A DNA stretch of 64,000 nucleotides. Source: Lama guanicoe. Lineage: Eukaryota. Location of the stretch: contig MU053431.1 in assembly GCA_013239625.1 (NCBI GenBank), forward strand, positions 932,001 through 996,000, in the 5' to 3' direction. Under the pieces are notes generated by a model that was given only the letters and a program-made list of their open reading frames with translations, ran no database searches and was not told the DNA's origin. The position numbers and the translations under genes were made by a program. Positions 11,960 through 25,112 of this stretch are shown here, piece by piece. The stretch's first letter is position 1. Each line of letters opens with the position of its first letter.

Positions 11960-13615
11960 GGGCCGTCTCTTCGCCTCCCGCTCCGGGGGCTCGCCTCCTC
12001 TTTGCGTAGGTCCGGACTGCCACCCGGCGGTGCTTTCCGTCCATCCGGGGGGCCTCCTGTGATGTTCATTGTGACGCATGTCTGCCGGGGATGAATTCTT
12101 CCAGCTTTCGTATTCTCAGAGAGTCCTTTGCCATTTTTGACAGGTATTTTTGCTGGGTATAGAATTCTAGGTGGACAGTTTTCAGTTTTTTGTGTTTAGA
12201 AACATGGCCCTGGGGTCTCTGGCTTGCATCGTTTCTGACAAGCAACCTGCAGGCCTTCTTAGTTCTTGTTCTGTACAGAATGCCCCCCTCCCCCTCCCCC
12301 ACACACACTCTGGTTGCGTTTGAGATTTTCTCTTTATCGCTGGTTTTAAGCAACTTGACGTTTCTTTTGTTTGGGGTGTTTTGTTGAGCTTCTGGAGTCT
12401 CTGGATTTATAGTTTTCAATCAAATGTGGAAAACTGCAGTCGTTACTCCTTCAGATACCTCTGTTCCCTTGGAGAGTCCAACTGCGCGTGGATCAGGCCA
12501 CTCAGTGGTCCCGCCGCTCGCTGGTTCTTTGCTGGTCTCATTCTTTTCTCCTGTGCATTTCATGTTGGGTGCTTTCTGTTGGTCTTTCTTCAAATGCAGT
12601 GTTTCCTCTTGTAGCGTCTAATCTGCTGTGCATCCGTCCAGGGTGTTTCTCATCTCAGATGCTGCCGTTTTCATCCACAGAACTTTGATTTGGGACACTT
12701 CTGTGTCTTGACACACCTGTGCTTTCCTCCACCCCCAAGCATACGGAGCAGAGTTAGAGTCACCCCTTCAGGCCCTTGCCCACTAACCCCTCATCCTGAT
12801 ATTTTTATTGGTTGCTTTTTCTCCTCATTATGGGCCTTTTCCTGCTTCTTCGTGTGCCTGCTGTTTCCTGCTGGATGCCGGCCATCGTGAAGTTGGCTTG
12901 GTGGATGTGGGCAACTTTGTGCACCTGCTGTATCCTTGATCTTTGTTCTGGTATGCCGGTAGGTTACTAGGAAACAGTTTGCCCCTTTAGGACCTTGCTC
13001 TGTAGCGGAGCAAGGTGGGACTAGAGCAGTACTTAGCCCAGGGCTAAGCGGGTCCCACCGCTGAGGCACTTTTTTGCTGAGTTGTCTCCTCAACGTCCCA
13101 TCAGTTAGAAAGCCTATCCGTGCTGGCTGACGGGACACAAGCCACTTCCAGCCGCATGTGAGTTCCAGGTGTTATTGCCTCTAACGCTCCCAAGTGGCTC
13201 TTCCAGACTGGAGTCACTTTTCCCCACATGTGATCTCCGGTCATGTTCAGCTAAAGGCTGAAGGAAACCCTCTGCTGATCTCTGGGCACCCCTCTCTCTC
13301 TCCCCGCCCCATACTCTGCCTTACTATCTCTGAACACTTCCCCTGTCCCAGACTCTCACCTCCATCTCCTCAACTCAGGGGACCCCTGGGCTCAGCCTGG
13401 TTCCCCTTCTGTGCCCCAGCCTGGAGACTCTTTTCAGACTGTGACCCGGGCACTGCTGGGCTCACCTTGTGTGCTTCCCCTCTCCCTGGATCACAGTCCC
13501 ACATGCCCTAGTGTCCCGTGTCTGAACACCATCGTCCATATACTTTGTTCAGATTTTTTGATCCGAGGTGGGTGATGGGACAGTCCAGGCCCTGCTACCC
13601 TCTCTTCAGGAAGCC
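11960..13615 (-). mobile_element. Ancient L1 (L1M4/L1ME-like) 5' UTR + ORF1 remnant
   Basis: ORF 12066-12419 (-) has INPETPEAQQ..P..RN..KLLKTSDKEKI..A.R and LEEFIPGR, resembling L1 ORF1. gctgggtatagaattctaggt reads RILYPA on the reverse strand. 5'-end motif gggctcaccttgtgtgcttcccctct..ggatcacagtcc. Confidence 0.8.
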
Positions 13616-14179
13616 TCCTTCCTGACCAGCAAGCAGATGCAGAATTAGCAACATCCGTTGGAGATCTCAGAGGGGCCAATTCCCACTCTTCCCAGGAACA
13701 AGAAATCCACGTCATGATCAAATCATGGTGGTTGATGAGTGCCAGGGTGATAAAGGTGAAGGAGGCTGAGGTGGAGGCAGGGAGGCTGGAGTCTTGTGGA
13801 GGCCAGCAGGGAGCTGTTCTGAGTTCACATCCCCAGGACGTCCTGCACACAGGTCCAGGTGGTGCCGTGGGGACAAAGGAGAACTTCTCTACCTGGCCAC
13901 TGGCTTTCCATCCCTGCTCCCCCGAGAGGTCAGAAAACCAGAATTATGAGCCTGCTTGTTGTTTGAATTTAAGGAGTTCGTGCCCTTCTTTGCACCTCAG
14001 CACGTCTGGCTGTACCCTGGGGCTAACCCTGCACGTTCAGCCCATACGTGGGTTCAGAGTAACGAAGAAACGCATCTCAGATGCTCCTGTCCATCTCAGG
14101 CGTGCTCACCCTGGTTTGTCCACTTGGTTGTCAGACAGCTTCTGTGGGGGCAGGGCGGGGGGCGGGCAGCTTTGTGCCT

Positions 14180-14285
14180 GTTTCCCAGATGGATGAACCC
14201 AGGTGCTCACAGTCTGAGTAACTTGGCCAGAGATCACAGTGCGGCCATGACCATCTAGAACTCAAGTCTCTCGATACCAAATCTC
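14180..14285 (-). mobile_element. MIR fragment
   Basis: cagatggatgaacccagg..gagtaacttggccagagatcacag..agaactcaagtctctc. Confidence 0.55.
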
Positions 14286-14290
14286 TACAC

Positions 14291-14510
14291 CTGTCATTCT
14301 CAACCAAAAATCTGCGCCCTAGGGAACACTTGGCAAGGTTTAGAGGTGTTTTTCGTTGTCACAGCTGGGGTGGGGCAGCAGGATGCTCCTGGAATCTGGT
14401 GGGTGGAGCCCAGGGACTCTGCTAAACATCCTACGACGCCCAGGAAGCCCCACAGCAGGGAGTGATGTGGCCTAAAATGTGGAGGGACAGGGCTGAGATG
14501 GAAAACCCTT
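14291..14510 (+). mobile_element. MER20 hAT-Charlie DNA transposon
   Basis: ttctcaacc..acacttggcaa..gttgtcacagctgggg..ctgctaaacatcctac..aaaatgt..gaaaaccct. Confidence 0.88.
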
Positions 14511-15495
14511 AGTCCACATTTTCTTATGAAAATGCTCTGAAAACCATGAAGGGACGTACAAATTGAAACTCACGGTTCCAGCACGATATGCAGTGGTTGT
14601 CAAATTCCCGGCTCTACCTCCCTCATCACATGTAAAGGAGATGCCTCTCTTTAAACCCCGTCTGCCGTCTGTGCACTGACACACGTGGATCACGGTAACA
14701 TTCCAGATGCATACAGCAGGCATCTCCTCAGAGAGAGTGCAAGGCTCGAGTGAGCAAAACCCACATCGTTCTGTGGAAGACGCCTCCTTCCTGAAGCACG
14801 CGTCTAGGCTGCAGGGTGCTGGCTGCGGGCGCCAACGGCAGCACGGAGGGCTCACGCGGTGCTGGAAACGCAGTGACAAGCTAAAGGAAGGCGTAGATCG
14901 TCTCTCACTCCAGTTCTTTGTGCATCTCTGTGTGTAAACAAGAGCAGCGAAATCTGCTCTCTTCCTCCCCAGGAGCCAAACAGCTTCAGCAAATGCTTTT
15001 CAAATACAGTAAAATGCTCGTAAGTGTTTACTCATGCGGTGCCTCATGGTATTTTTGTGCAGGTCCTCCACATCCATGGCTTCCCGTTTCTCTCCTCCGA
15101 CTCTCTGTCCTTCTCTCTCTCGGGATCCTGGTGGCTGGTCCCAAGCAAAAGGCCTGTGGCTTCAGTTTTGGGGAAGCTGTGCCCATTGCTTTTGAGCCCC
15201 TGGAATCCTGCCTGCTTTGGCCCCGCCGCTCCTGCTTATTCAAGTTGCTCAAATTCCCTGTGCCTGCCGCATGTTCTGCAAAAAGCAGATTAACAGAGGA
15301 GCGATTTCTGGAGGGCCCTGAAAACGCCAGGTGTTATCGGAGAGCTGGCAGCGGAACGATGCTGAAATGCACTCGTACCAGCATTTCTCAAAATATTTGT
15401 GCATGTCTGTCTCCAGTTTGCGCTTCTTTTATTCATAAGGAGATGCTCAGGAAAACACTCGGCCTAACCGCACAGATCGCAGTCAGAGCGCCGGT

Positions 15496-15513
15496 GGTGC
15501 CTTCTGGTGGCTG
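15496..15513 (-). promoter_or_regulatory. Candidate CTCF motif
   Basis: The reverse strand reads cagccaccagaaggcacc, one mismatch from the CCASYAGRKGGCRS core. Motif match only. Confidence 0.3.
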
Positions 15514-15829
15514 GAGGGGCAGAGGGGCTGATCTCTACCCCCGGGGTCCCAGGCCCTGCTCAACGCGGCCTCTCCGGGTCCTCGCCACCCTTCCGCTCAC
15601 AGGGCCTGGACGTTGCTTAGCTGACTCCCACCCCCAGTGTGGCTGGAAATGGTGAGGTGACCCGTGTGACCCAGAGCCAGCCAATCAGTGTTTGCGTCAA
15701 GTGGGGAGGTGCTGTCACGTGACCCAGAGCTAGACGATCAGTATGCACAGCGTCCTGACCGCAGCTCCAGGTGGGGATGGGCCGTGGTCCACGTGGTTGA
15801 TGTGAGGACACCAACAGCAAGAGCAGCCT

Positions 15830-15930
15830 GGATACAGCACTTACAGTGTGGGACCCTCCCTGGCCACCCTGTGAGATGCGTCACCATCATCAGCCTGTTT
15901 TACAGATGAGGAAACTGAGGCCCGGGGCTC
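15830..15930 (-). mobile_element. MIR fragment
   Basis: accctgtgagatg...ctgttttacagatgaggaaactgaggccc. Confidence 0.85.
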
Positions 15931-16444
15931 AGACAGCGAGGGAACGGCTGACAGTCGGCCTCCACATCCCCGCTCTGCACCTCCGCCCTGAGGTGACCAG
16001 GCTCCCCGGCCTCCCCAGACTTGGCACCACGCAGCAGGCCCACTGCATCCTCCTCGCCAATCAGAAACCTGCCACCAGGTTTTACTCTTCCACCCCAATA
16101 GCCCCTTCTCAAAATTGTGCACTCTGGTCTTTCCTGAGATTCTACTAACAGTTAAGACCCACTCAGCTCCTGCCTCCTCTGCGAAGCCTTTGAAGACCAG
16201 GTCACAGGGCAGTGTTTGCTCCTCTGGACTTCTGCCCTCAGAATGTCCATGGTGGAGGGGGAGTCCTGCCACCATTTGTCCACCTGCTCACCACTTCCTC
16301 AGCACCGTCTGTCTTCTGCTAACTTGCCCCTTGGATGCTTAGCAGCCTCTGGCTTCTCTTTCTTTTGTCACCACAACCAGGTAACAAGCAGCCCGGGAGT
16401 CGGAGCTGGCTTTGCACGTAGTCTGTCCATGATAATTTCAGTCG

Positions 16445-16612
16445 CCTGTATTTGCTGCATGCACCCACCCTGGCGGGCACCCTGGGAAGGTGTCCATCCA
16501 TTCTCATCAGACCCTTCAGACCAGCCCTTGGAGAGGGGCTGTTCCAACCCTTCACCTGAAGTACAGAGAGGGTAGGCGACTTGCCCTGTGGCACAGCCGG
16601 GACCTGAGCCCC
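16445..16612 (-). mobile_element. Degraded MIR
   Basis: ctgaagtacagagagggtaggcgacttgccctgtggcacagc..gggacctgagccc. Confidence 0.5.
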
Positions 16613-18339
16613 ATGTCCTCGCCACTGCCCCACACTGCCTCCTGCAGCCTGTCTCGTCTCCTCCGTTTTCAGAGCAGGTCTGATCAGAGCACGGAGCTGA
16701 CCGAGCTTTCTCCTGGGGCTGAGACTGCTGGGCAGCACCTGGACTGAGGATGAGAAAAATTAACATGGTAGACCAGGTCCCTGCTAAGAAATAGGCATTT
16801 CATCCTTTTCCAGCAGGCGGTTTCACTTCATGGAATGAACTGGCACGCCAGGCTCCATTTTGATGATTTTGGCAAAGGAGCTGGTTCCTCAGAACTGAAG
16901 TCAGCACCCGTTTCGCTGTGGGTTGTGGTTGGCGGGGACGGGCTCCTGAAGATCTCCCGGAGAGAGAAGTGTATTCACTTTACTGTTTCCATGTAACTGC
17001 AGGGTGACAGGGAAGCCTGCCCCCCTCTCTCACCCTGCTCTCCAGCGCCCCTGTCTCTGGCACGTGAGTCGCAGCCCCAAAGTCTCGCCCAGAACGTCCC
17101 CCGTTGTGAAGGAGGTTGCAGGCTAGCACGCCAGGACTCTTGCCAATTTATAGATTCAATCAACAAACGCGTGCGGGGCCCGTCTGCTCTGCCAGGGACG
17201 GTGTCGGGTCCCCAGGATGTGCAGAGGGGGAGGCTGATCTCAGAGGACGGATTCTGCACAACAGGCTGCCGGACGTGGCCCAGGTGTGAGCCCGGGATGT
17301 GCAGGATCCCAGTGGGAGGGCTCGTCGACACCCCTGTGGCCTCAGTGAAGCTGCTTTGTGACGAGGGCCAAGGATACTCCTGCCTCTTGCACAGAGCAGG
17401 GAAGCTGTTGAATGAGTTGGTGCTGCCTGCACACCACTACCGATCGGGGGCCGGGCAGCTGTCCGTGCCCCGGGGCCCAGGGTGGGCCCTGTTCCTCCCA
17501 CCACCTGCCAAGTGCAGGTTTCAGCCGACATCCCCTCGCCTGCTGGCCGAGGTCCCTGGGAGCAGTCGCTGAATTGCTTTCCTCTCTGTTCTGGGCCCTA
17601 CGTTCCTCTGGGTTCTCCCCTGATCAGAGGGAATCAGCATGGAGCTCACACACGCTTCCTCCGTCTACGCCTTGACCGACAAACCTACGGAGCCATCAGC
17701 CCACTCACTTAAATAATTCTCTGTGGGTCTGAGTGCCAGAAAGCCGGGGTGTGCCTTCTTCCAAAGGGAGGGCCAAGTGCTGGCCTCCGTGGCGAGCAGT
17801 GCTCTTCATCTCTGAGATCTTGTGAGCCAGAGGAGTCCGTAAACCGCAGAAAAGAAACTCAGCTGAAGGCAGCATGTCTGGCTCGCTGCGTTCTTTCGTT
17901 CTCTCTCCTACCACATACCCTGCTGTAAACTTAACGCACCTGGGACACCGTGGAGCAACAAACAGACATGTCTGCACAGCAGCCCTGGGGCCCGGGTGTG
18001 GGAGCCCTGGGGTGTGATGAGTCCCTGCCTGCCGCCGGGGTGAGGACCAAGGGGGTGGGTGGGGGCCAGGAGCATCTCGGGACTCACAGACACTTGATGT
18101 CATTGTCCAGTCCCGGGGACGAGTCCTGATGCCCTGCCGGGACCCCACTCTGCCCCCCCGGGTACCACGGTTGAGAAGGTGCGTCAGGTTCCAGCTGCGA
18201 GGTGAACGTACAACTCTAATGACCACGATCTAACAGAGACAAAGACGACCACGTGCCCCATTATGACTTCAGCTGTTGTTAGAAATAGCTGCTCACATTA
18301 CGCTGCCTCAGCTGATAATCTGCTTTCTAAGATCCGCGT

Positions 18340-19300
18340 TTTATTCCCCGGAGCACCGTAGGTGCTTCAAGGGAGTGACTGCCTCTTACTCTGTTCACAC
18401 GCAGAGGAGAGACTACAAATAAGTCATTCCATGAGGGAAGAAATAGGTAGATGTGGAGATGCTGTGCAAGGAGAGAGATGCTTGGGAAATGTGCGACGGG
18501 GGCTCATTTCCTGGGGAGGGGAGGCCGGGAGCCCCTCTCTACGGAGGGGCCTCCAGGAAGGAGGGGCGTGGGGCGTGTGTTACTCAGAGCTCAGGGGATC
18601 AAGCGAGCACAGCACGTGCCAGGGCCCTGAGGCGGGCAGTAGGCATGTTTGGAGGGAGGTCTGAAGCCTGAAGGGGGGGAGGGCGACAGGGGCCACACCC
18701 CCTGGGGCCCTGTGAGCCCCGAGAGGGATCGTGCCTCTTACCTTAGGTTGTGGCCTTTTGAGCCCAAGGAGCCGCCGAGTCAGACTGCGGTGTCCGCTTA
18801 GGTGGTGGGTGTAGACACCATGGGACGGAGACTAGCGGGTGGGCTTAAGGCGCGTTTGGAGATGGAATTGCCACGTCCCGGCCCGGTTCCTGGGGAGAAA
18901 CCCCGGGGGCTCGGCGTCTGGCTGTTCGTGCCCAGGTGGCATTTGCTGGCACAGTGGTGCCGGGGGTGGGGGGGACAGGTCAGGGCCAGCGGGGGTGTCG
19001 GGACAGGAAAGATGGCGAGTGTGTCTGGGGCCCTGTGAACATGTGGGCACCTGCAGGGTCCCCAGGAGGGCACACGAGGGAGATGCTGGAGCTGGGAGAC
19101 GGGCGGGCTGGGAGACGGGGAGCGAGGGGCCGGACCTGGCCTCAGACGCAGAGGGAGCTGCTAAGACGCCTGCTTGCTGGGCTTCCTTGCGTCCCCGGGG
19201 AGGAGGTGTTTCCATCACTCGTGGCCTGGAGGACGAGGAGGCTTGAGGGTGAGAGGATGCCCAGGAAGGTGAGGGGCAGGGGGGGATGTCGGGGAAGAAC
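18340..19300 (-). mobile_element. Highly diverged L2 LINE
   Basis: Purine-rich stretch with L2-like motifs cagcacgtgccagggccctgaggc..ggcatgtttggagg, ggggccctgtgagcc, tttggagatggaattg and gtggcatttgctg. Confidence 0.5.
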
Positions 19301-20879
19301 TCGCCTGCTGCTTTTCGACAGGTGACTGTTCATGAATCGTTCTGAGCCGGACGTAAATGACTGTGTTTAATTACTTGGCCTCAATCGTGGGGCCTCGTTC
19401 CTTCCACCAGTACCACAAGCTTCAGCCCCTGAAGAAACAGGAGCAAGGTCTCAGGGAGACAGCCCCAGAGAGCGTGTGTCTCGACTTGCCCCCCAAACAG
19501 CTGCTTTTGTGACGCTGCTCTCCCCCGCTCCTCCCGGAACGAGCCTCGGGGGGAAATGAGATGCCAGCTAACGAGGCCGCCTTCCGGCAGGTTAACAGGC
19601 CCAGGACCCTTGATTTTCCAGCCAGAAATCTAACTTGAAACGCTCGTCCTCAGACTGCGCCTATCAAAGCCGGACATCTGGGTCCCCCCGCTGCCAGGTC
19701 CACCCGGTGAGGACTTGTCAACTCGCCAGTCTGCTTTGCAGCTGAATTGGGACTCACAGTGGCTCCGCCCTGAGCACAGGAGCAGTCTGTGTGTGGTTCC
19801 AGCCCCGTGCGGGCTTGGAGATGGTGAGCAGAGGAGGCTTACCCGGAAGGAGGCTCCAGGTCCTTGTGCGGAGGCCTGGGGTCCCCTGCCCTCCCCTGCG
19901 GCCTCCCCGCCGGGCGCCACGTCTCATCGCGCTCGTCCAGAACAGCGCAGCCCTGCCGGCGGGTCTCCGAGTGCTTGGCAGGCGTCACTCCCCGGAGCTC
20001 CCCGCCTCTCCTGGGGGTGCAGACAGCCCCCGGGGGACCCAGCACAGCAGAGGGGTGACTCGCTTGATAAATGAAGTTGTGACAGAGTAGCTTTAACCTT
20101 GTCACTAAGCTTGCCTTGCCCGTCCGCGCTCCCCGGGGCTGAGCACCAGCGGCCCGTCGTCGCTGCCGGAGCTGAGCCGGGTTCTTGCCCGGGGCCGAGT
20201 GGATGGGTCGCTTGGTTCTGACAGCTGGTGCGCTCTGGGCTTCGAGGTCAGGCGCTAAGTCCTCGCGCGTGCGGGGTGGTTGAGCAGCGTGCTTCTGGAC
20301 CCCAGTCCAGCTGGTCTCGGAGTCAGAGCCCAATCCCAGCTAAACGGCCAGTGGCCTCCAAACGTGTCCACTCATCAGCCTTATTGGGAAAATTCTGCAA
20401 AATACAGCTCCCTTGGACCCCTCACAGGGAGACTCTAAGTCAGCAGGTGGAGGGCCCAGGAATCCGGGCAGATGGGCCCAGTCTGAGAACTGCTGTTTTA
20501 GCTCACAAATTCCTGGTAGACAAGAGTCACGTGATTTGTCATAAAGAAGGAAATCAGGCCCACACTCGCCCCTCGGTTCAGCTTCCCCAGGTGTTGTCTC
20601 AGGGAAGTGACAGACTTGTACCAGAGTGTGCACGGGGGACCCCAGGCCAGAAAAGCCCAGGTGACCGACCGCGAACAGGCACACCCACCCCGTGGAATTC
20701 TGTTCGGCGGCTGGGAGGGGCCAGCTGCCCACACGGGCAGCCACGCGGTGAGTGCCGGGGCGGGCAAGGTGAAAAGAGGCTCGCACGTGCTCCGCGTGCA
20801 GTTCCATTTATGCGACATTGTAGGGGAGGCCACACTAATCGACGGTTTGGAAAAGCCCTCTGAGTGCTTCTCTCTGGCA

Positions 20880-21190
20880 GTGGTGGGAGTGGGAGCAGGC
20901 AGTGAGGGGACTCTGGGGACAGTGGCCATGTTCGCTGTCTTGACAGGGGGGCTGCCTTACACAAGTGCCTGCCTTGGTCACACCTAGGATTTTTGCATTT
21001 CATACCATACACGTTTCACATCCAAAAGGGAAAAAATGAAACGTTGAGCTCTTGTTACTAACATGCAGGGGGAGATGTTCAGGGACGGATTATTCTGAGG
21101 GCTGCCGCTCACCTCTGATGTTCCCCCAGTAAGGTGAATTGACCGGGGGCTAGGGGGACGGACAGATGTCTGATAGAGCTAGTGGGGGCT
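20880..21190 (+). mobile_element. Old L1 (L1MC4/L1ME-like) 3' UTR fragment
   Basis: gaggggactctggggacagtggccatgttc..tcttgacagggg..ttacacaagtg..ttttgcatttca..ttgagctcttgttactaacatgca. Confidence 0.6.
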
Positions 21191-23384
21191 GTGATTCGGG
21201 TGACATCTGTCTTCTGGCGCAGGAGTGAAGGGGCTGTCCCCTCGTGGAGCCGTCCTGAGACGCAGGACGGGCACTTCCGGTCACCTGCTTCCTGGGGGCT
21301 GGGGACGCTCCTGTGCCACGAGGTGCTGGTCTGTAGATTCCAGCACAGCTGGGATGCGGGAGCCCGGTGGCGGTCGGAGTGCACCCGTCTCCACTGTGAG
21401 CCTGGATTGGAGCGCGGGCTGCCGCCTCCCCCTCGGGGTCTAGACTTGGACACAGATGGGAACGGGAGGATGCTGGGGGCGCTCTGGCGGTCTTTTTCTG
21501 GATCCGCTGCCAGATTTCTGGCAGACACCGCTGAGAGAGGAGGCAGGTCAGGAGGGACCTAGGACCACCAGGTCGAGTGGGCCCAGGGCAGTGAACTGGC
21601 CCCAGGCAACACAGCCCAGCGAAGGGCCCTCTTGCCCTCCTGCCCCGGTGCTTCCTCTTTTTAAGACCAAGTGCTGTTGGCCTGTTGACAGGGGCTGCCG
21701 TTTTGGAATCGTAGCGGTTTTAAAGAAGAGTGAGTGGAGTTTCCCTTTAATTGGTCCCTCTAAAGTGGGCGTTGCCTGCTGGCAGATTCCCCTGTGCTGA
21801 TCCGGTAAGCATTCCTCTTCCTGTCACGTCGTTGCCAGGCACACCTGCAGCCAGGTGGAATGGGCTCCAATCTCAGCTGGACCTGGGCTCCGGGGACCCT
21901 TCCGTGCCCGGCTCTCACCAGGAGGACCAGACTCGGAGCTGTCATTCTCGCTCCCCGTGTCCCGTCCGGGTGCGAGGTGCGCCTGATGCAGGTTCACTCA
22001 CCAGTGACGCGTCAGGAGTGCTGTGCGCGGGGCCGGCAGAGGACAGCACGTTCCAGGAGACAAGCCTTTAGGAGGAAGAACCCGGGGCCGGCAGGGCGGA
22101 CGCTGTCTGGTCTAGAAGGAGCAACGTGGGCCGGCTGTCATCATCACCCAGCGCTAAGCGCACTGAAAGCTCCCGAATCTTTCTTTTCAACACCTTTTCT
22201 TGGTATCGTTACTAGACCTGTTTACGTGACTCTGCAGGCTTTGCGTCTGCAGAGGCCCCTCCTGTGCGCTGGCTGAGGGGGCTCCTTCATGCCCCCAGCA
22301 CGTGGCTACACCGCCGCCATGCGACAACCCACTGCAGGGCTCTTAAAACACTCCCTGAATCGCAAAAGAAAGGTAAAGTGGCTTTCAGGATCACCCAGGT
22401 GCTATCAGGATGGTTGATTGCACTTTAATTGCCCAACAATGGACAATCCGTGGAAGATTTGTGTGGCCACACTCAGGAGGCACTTGACTCACTGGAAGCC
22501 GTGCACGGGTGGCTGTTCACCAGACTCCTGCTGCCGCAGATCTTTGGGAGTGAAGTGCCTTATGGAAGAATCACATGTCATTTTATCGCTGACTCCGTCG
22601 CAGCGCAGCATATGTCGCACGGCGTAACCAACTGCGTGTTGCCGCAAAGCATCCTCACCCGAGTGTGTGCATCTGCAGGATGAGCCCAGAGGGAGCCCGT
22701 GGGTTTCCGGGAGTTTCCTGTGTGGCAAGTGGGGCCGCGGCTGCTCAGACCAGCCTTCCCGGGCCCCCGGGTCACTGTGAGGACAGCAGTTGGGCCCGGG
22801 TGCTCATCACTGGCTCTCCAAGGTGGACGTCCAGCACTCCCACCCCAAACCCCTCGCAGGACAGGAGTTCTGAGCCGCACGTGTGCGACTCCTGGTGCCA
22901 ATAGAAGGAGGGACAACACAGAGCAATACATGTGGCCGTGTCTCGTGTGGGGTTTCTGTAGTGGGCAGAATATTAAAGATGCACCAGAACTGTGACTCGG
23001 GCTTGAAGACTAGAAAACTCTCCTGCGGGGAGTTTTCACACAAGTCTGCCATCTTTGCTCTGTTAGTTTGACCCTGTGTGCGTGTATCTCCTCTGTTTTG
23101 TCGGTGGTGTTGGTGGAATTGGTGTAGGGGAGCTTCCTTGTGAGTTTTTGGGTTCCCAGTGGGAGGTGCTTTCAGACAAGTGGCCGCCCACTGTCTGCCA
23201 GTGGCATCGAGACTGGGGACTGCCTGGTGAAGGTCAGATGAGGCGCTGTCCTCGAGCGGCTCCCCCAGTCTGGGGATGGCAGGCGGGTCGTGCACAAGTC
23301 AACACACAACATCAATATCCGGAGACAAGAAGTCCTGTAAAGACATGAACTGTTGGTAGATGGATGGGACGGGGGCCTACTTTA

Positions 23385-24171
23385 CTTTTTAATTATTTTA
23401 TTTTTATTGAAGCATAGTTGATTTACAATGTTGTGTTGGTTTCAGGTGCGCAGCGCAGCGCCCCGGTTATGTGTATATATACCCTTCTCCAGGTTCTTGT
23501 CCATTACAGGCTACTCATTACAAGCTGTTGAATGCAGTTCCCTGTGCTGTGCAGTAGGCCCTTGCTGTTCATCTGTCTTTTATATATTAGTGTGTATATG
23601 TTAATCCCAAACTCCTAATTTATCCCTCCCCTGACCCCTTTCCCCTCTGGTAACCATAGTTTGCTGCCTGTGTCTGTGAGTCTATTTCCAGTTTGTAAAT
23701 AAGTTTCTTTGTATCATTTTTTAGATTCCACATGTAAGTGATATTGTGTGATATTTGTCTTTCTCTGACTGGCTTCACTTAATATGATAATTTCTAGGTG
23801 CCTCCATGTTGCTGCAGGTGGCATTGTCTCATTCTTTTTCATGGCTGAGTAGTATTTCATTTCGCACGCGCGCAAATGCGCGTGTGTGCGTGCGTGCATG
23901 CACCACATCTGCTTTATCCAGCCATCTGTCCGTGGACACACAGGTGGCTGCCATGTCTTGACTGTTGCACATAGTGCTGCTGTGAACACTGAGGTGCGTG
24001 TGTCTTTCTGAGTTAGAGTTTCCCCCAGATGTACTCCCTGAAGTAGGATGCAGGATCATATGGTAACTCTATTTTTAGTTTTTGAGGAACCTCCATGCTG
24101 TTTTCCGTAGTGGCTGCACCAAATTACATTCCCACCAACAGTGTAGGAGGGTTCCTTTCTCTTCACACCCA
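23385..24171 (-). mobile_element. 5'-truncated lineage L1 (ORF2 end + 3' UTR) with degenerate TSD
   Basis: ORF 23714-23989 has ..WQPPVCPRTDGWIKQMW..MKYYSAMKKNETMPPAATWRHLEIIILSEASQRK. Flanks gggacgggggcctacttta (23366-23384) and gggaggggctacttta (24172-24187). Confidence 0.93.
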
Positions 24172-25044
24172 GGGAGGGGCTACTTTAAACTGAGTGGCAG
24201 GGAACGCCCCTTTGGGGGTCCACAGTTACAGAGATGGGGTGAAGCAGCTGAGGGCTCCGTGGGAGCAGACCCCCCGAGTGCCATGCTGGGGAGACCTGAG
24301 AATCGTGGCCGGCATGGGTGGGGCAGGAAAGCAGCCGGGGCTCTGACGGGCAGGGATGGAGCACCATTTCCGGCATTGAGCACTGGCGGTGGTCAGCCCA
24401 GGTTGGTTGCCCAAGGCCTGGATCTCAGCCCAGATGGGGGAGAAGAATGGAGCAGACAGGATTAAATGAAGCAAGTAAGTTTATTCTGAGTCTCAGGCCA
24501 AACACTCAAACCCATTTAGATTCAGCTCAGGGACTTCCCTGGAAATTCACCAGAATGGATTTTTCTCTCTCTTGACCTTTTCCTAGGAGAGGCCGAGGGC
24601 GAGCCCACCCCATACCAGCAGCGTGCGCTCCGTGTGGACCCTCCAGACGGGCTGCACCCACTCGTCCATAGATCTGATCTCCCCTCTCCTGGGTGATGCT
24701 CAGGAGTAACCTTTAGCTTCTCTGAATTTTTCCCTCTTACGGAGCAATCTTCCCCGGCATGGGTCACTGCCTCTGTTGGCCCATAAAAATGTTTCTGAGA
24801 AGTTAGTTGGAAATTGAGCACAGACGAGCTGCCACAGGAGGCGCCTCTGTGGCCGGAACCCTGTGCGCTGTGGCTTCTCTGTGACGGCAGAGGCGGCGGC
24901 AGACGCGGGGGTACAGCATGGAGCCCCTGTGCCTGCCTCCAAGTGGTGGTCCCGCAGGGCATCCACCACGAGGTGATGGCTTCCTGCTCCACCCTCGGAG
25001 CTGGGTGACAGAGAGACTTGCGGTCCGGTCCCGTCTGGCTGGGT

Positions 25045-25112
25045 CTTTCCTTCCCTCCCCCGCCCCCTCCTCCACCTCCCCTTCCGCCTCCTCCACTCTC
25101 CGCCCCTCCCCC
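25045..25112. repeat. C/T-rich low-complexity tract (G-rich on - strand)
   Basis: ctttccttccctcccccgccccctcctccacctccccttccgcctcctccactctccgcccctccccc. Confidence 0.85.

Noticed and set aside
14918..15655. 245-aa ORF, the longest in the track
   Set aside because: Non-ATG start, no recognisable domain, and its length is plausible by chance in GC-rich DNA. The same reasoning applies to 20228-20863, 25719-26354, 30947-31564, 54265-54912 and 59105-59782.
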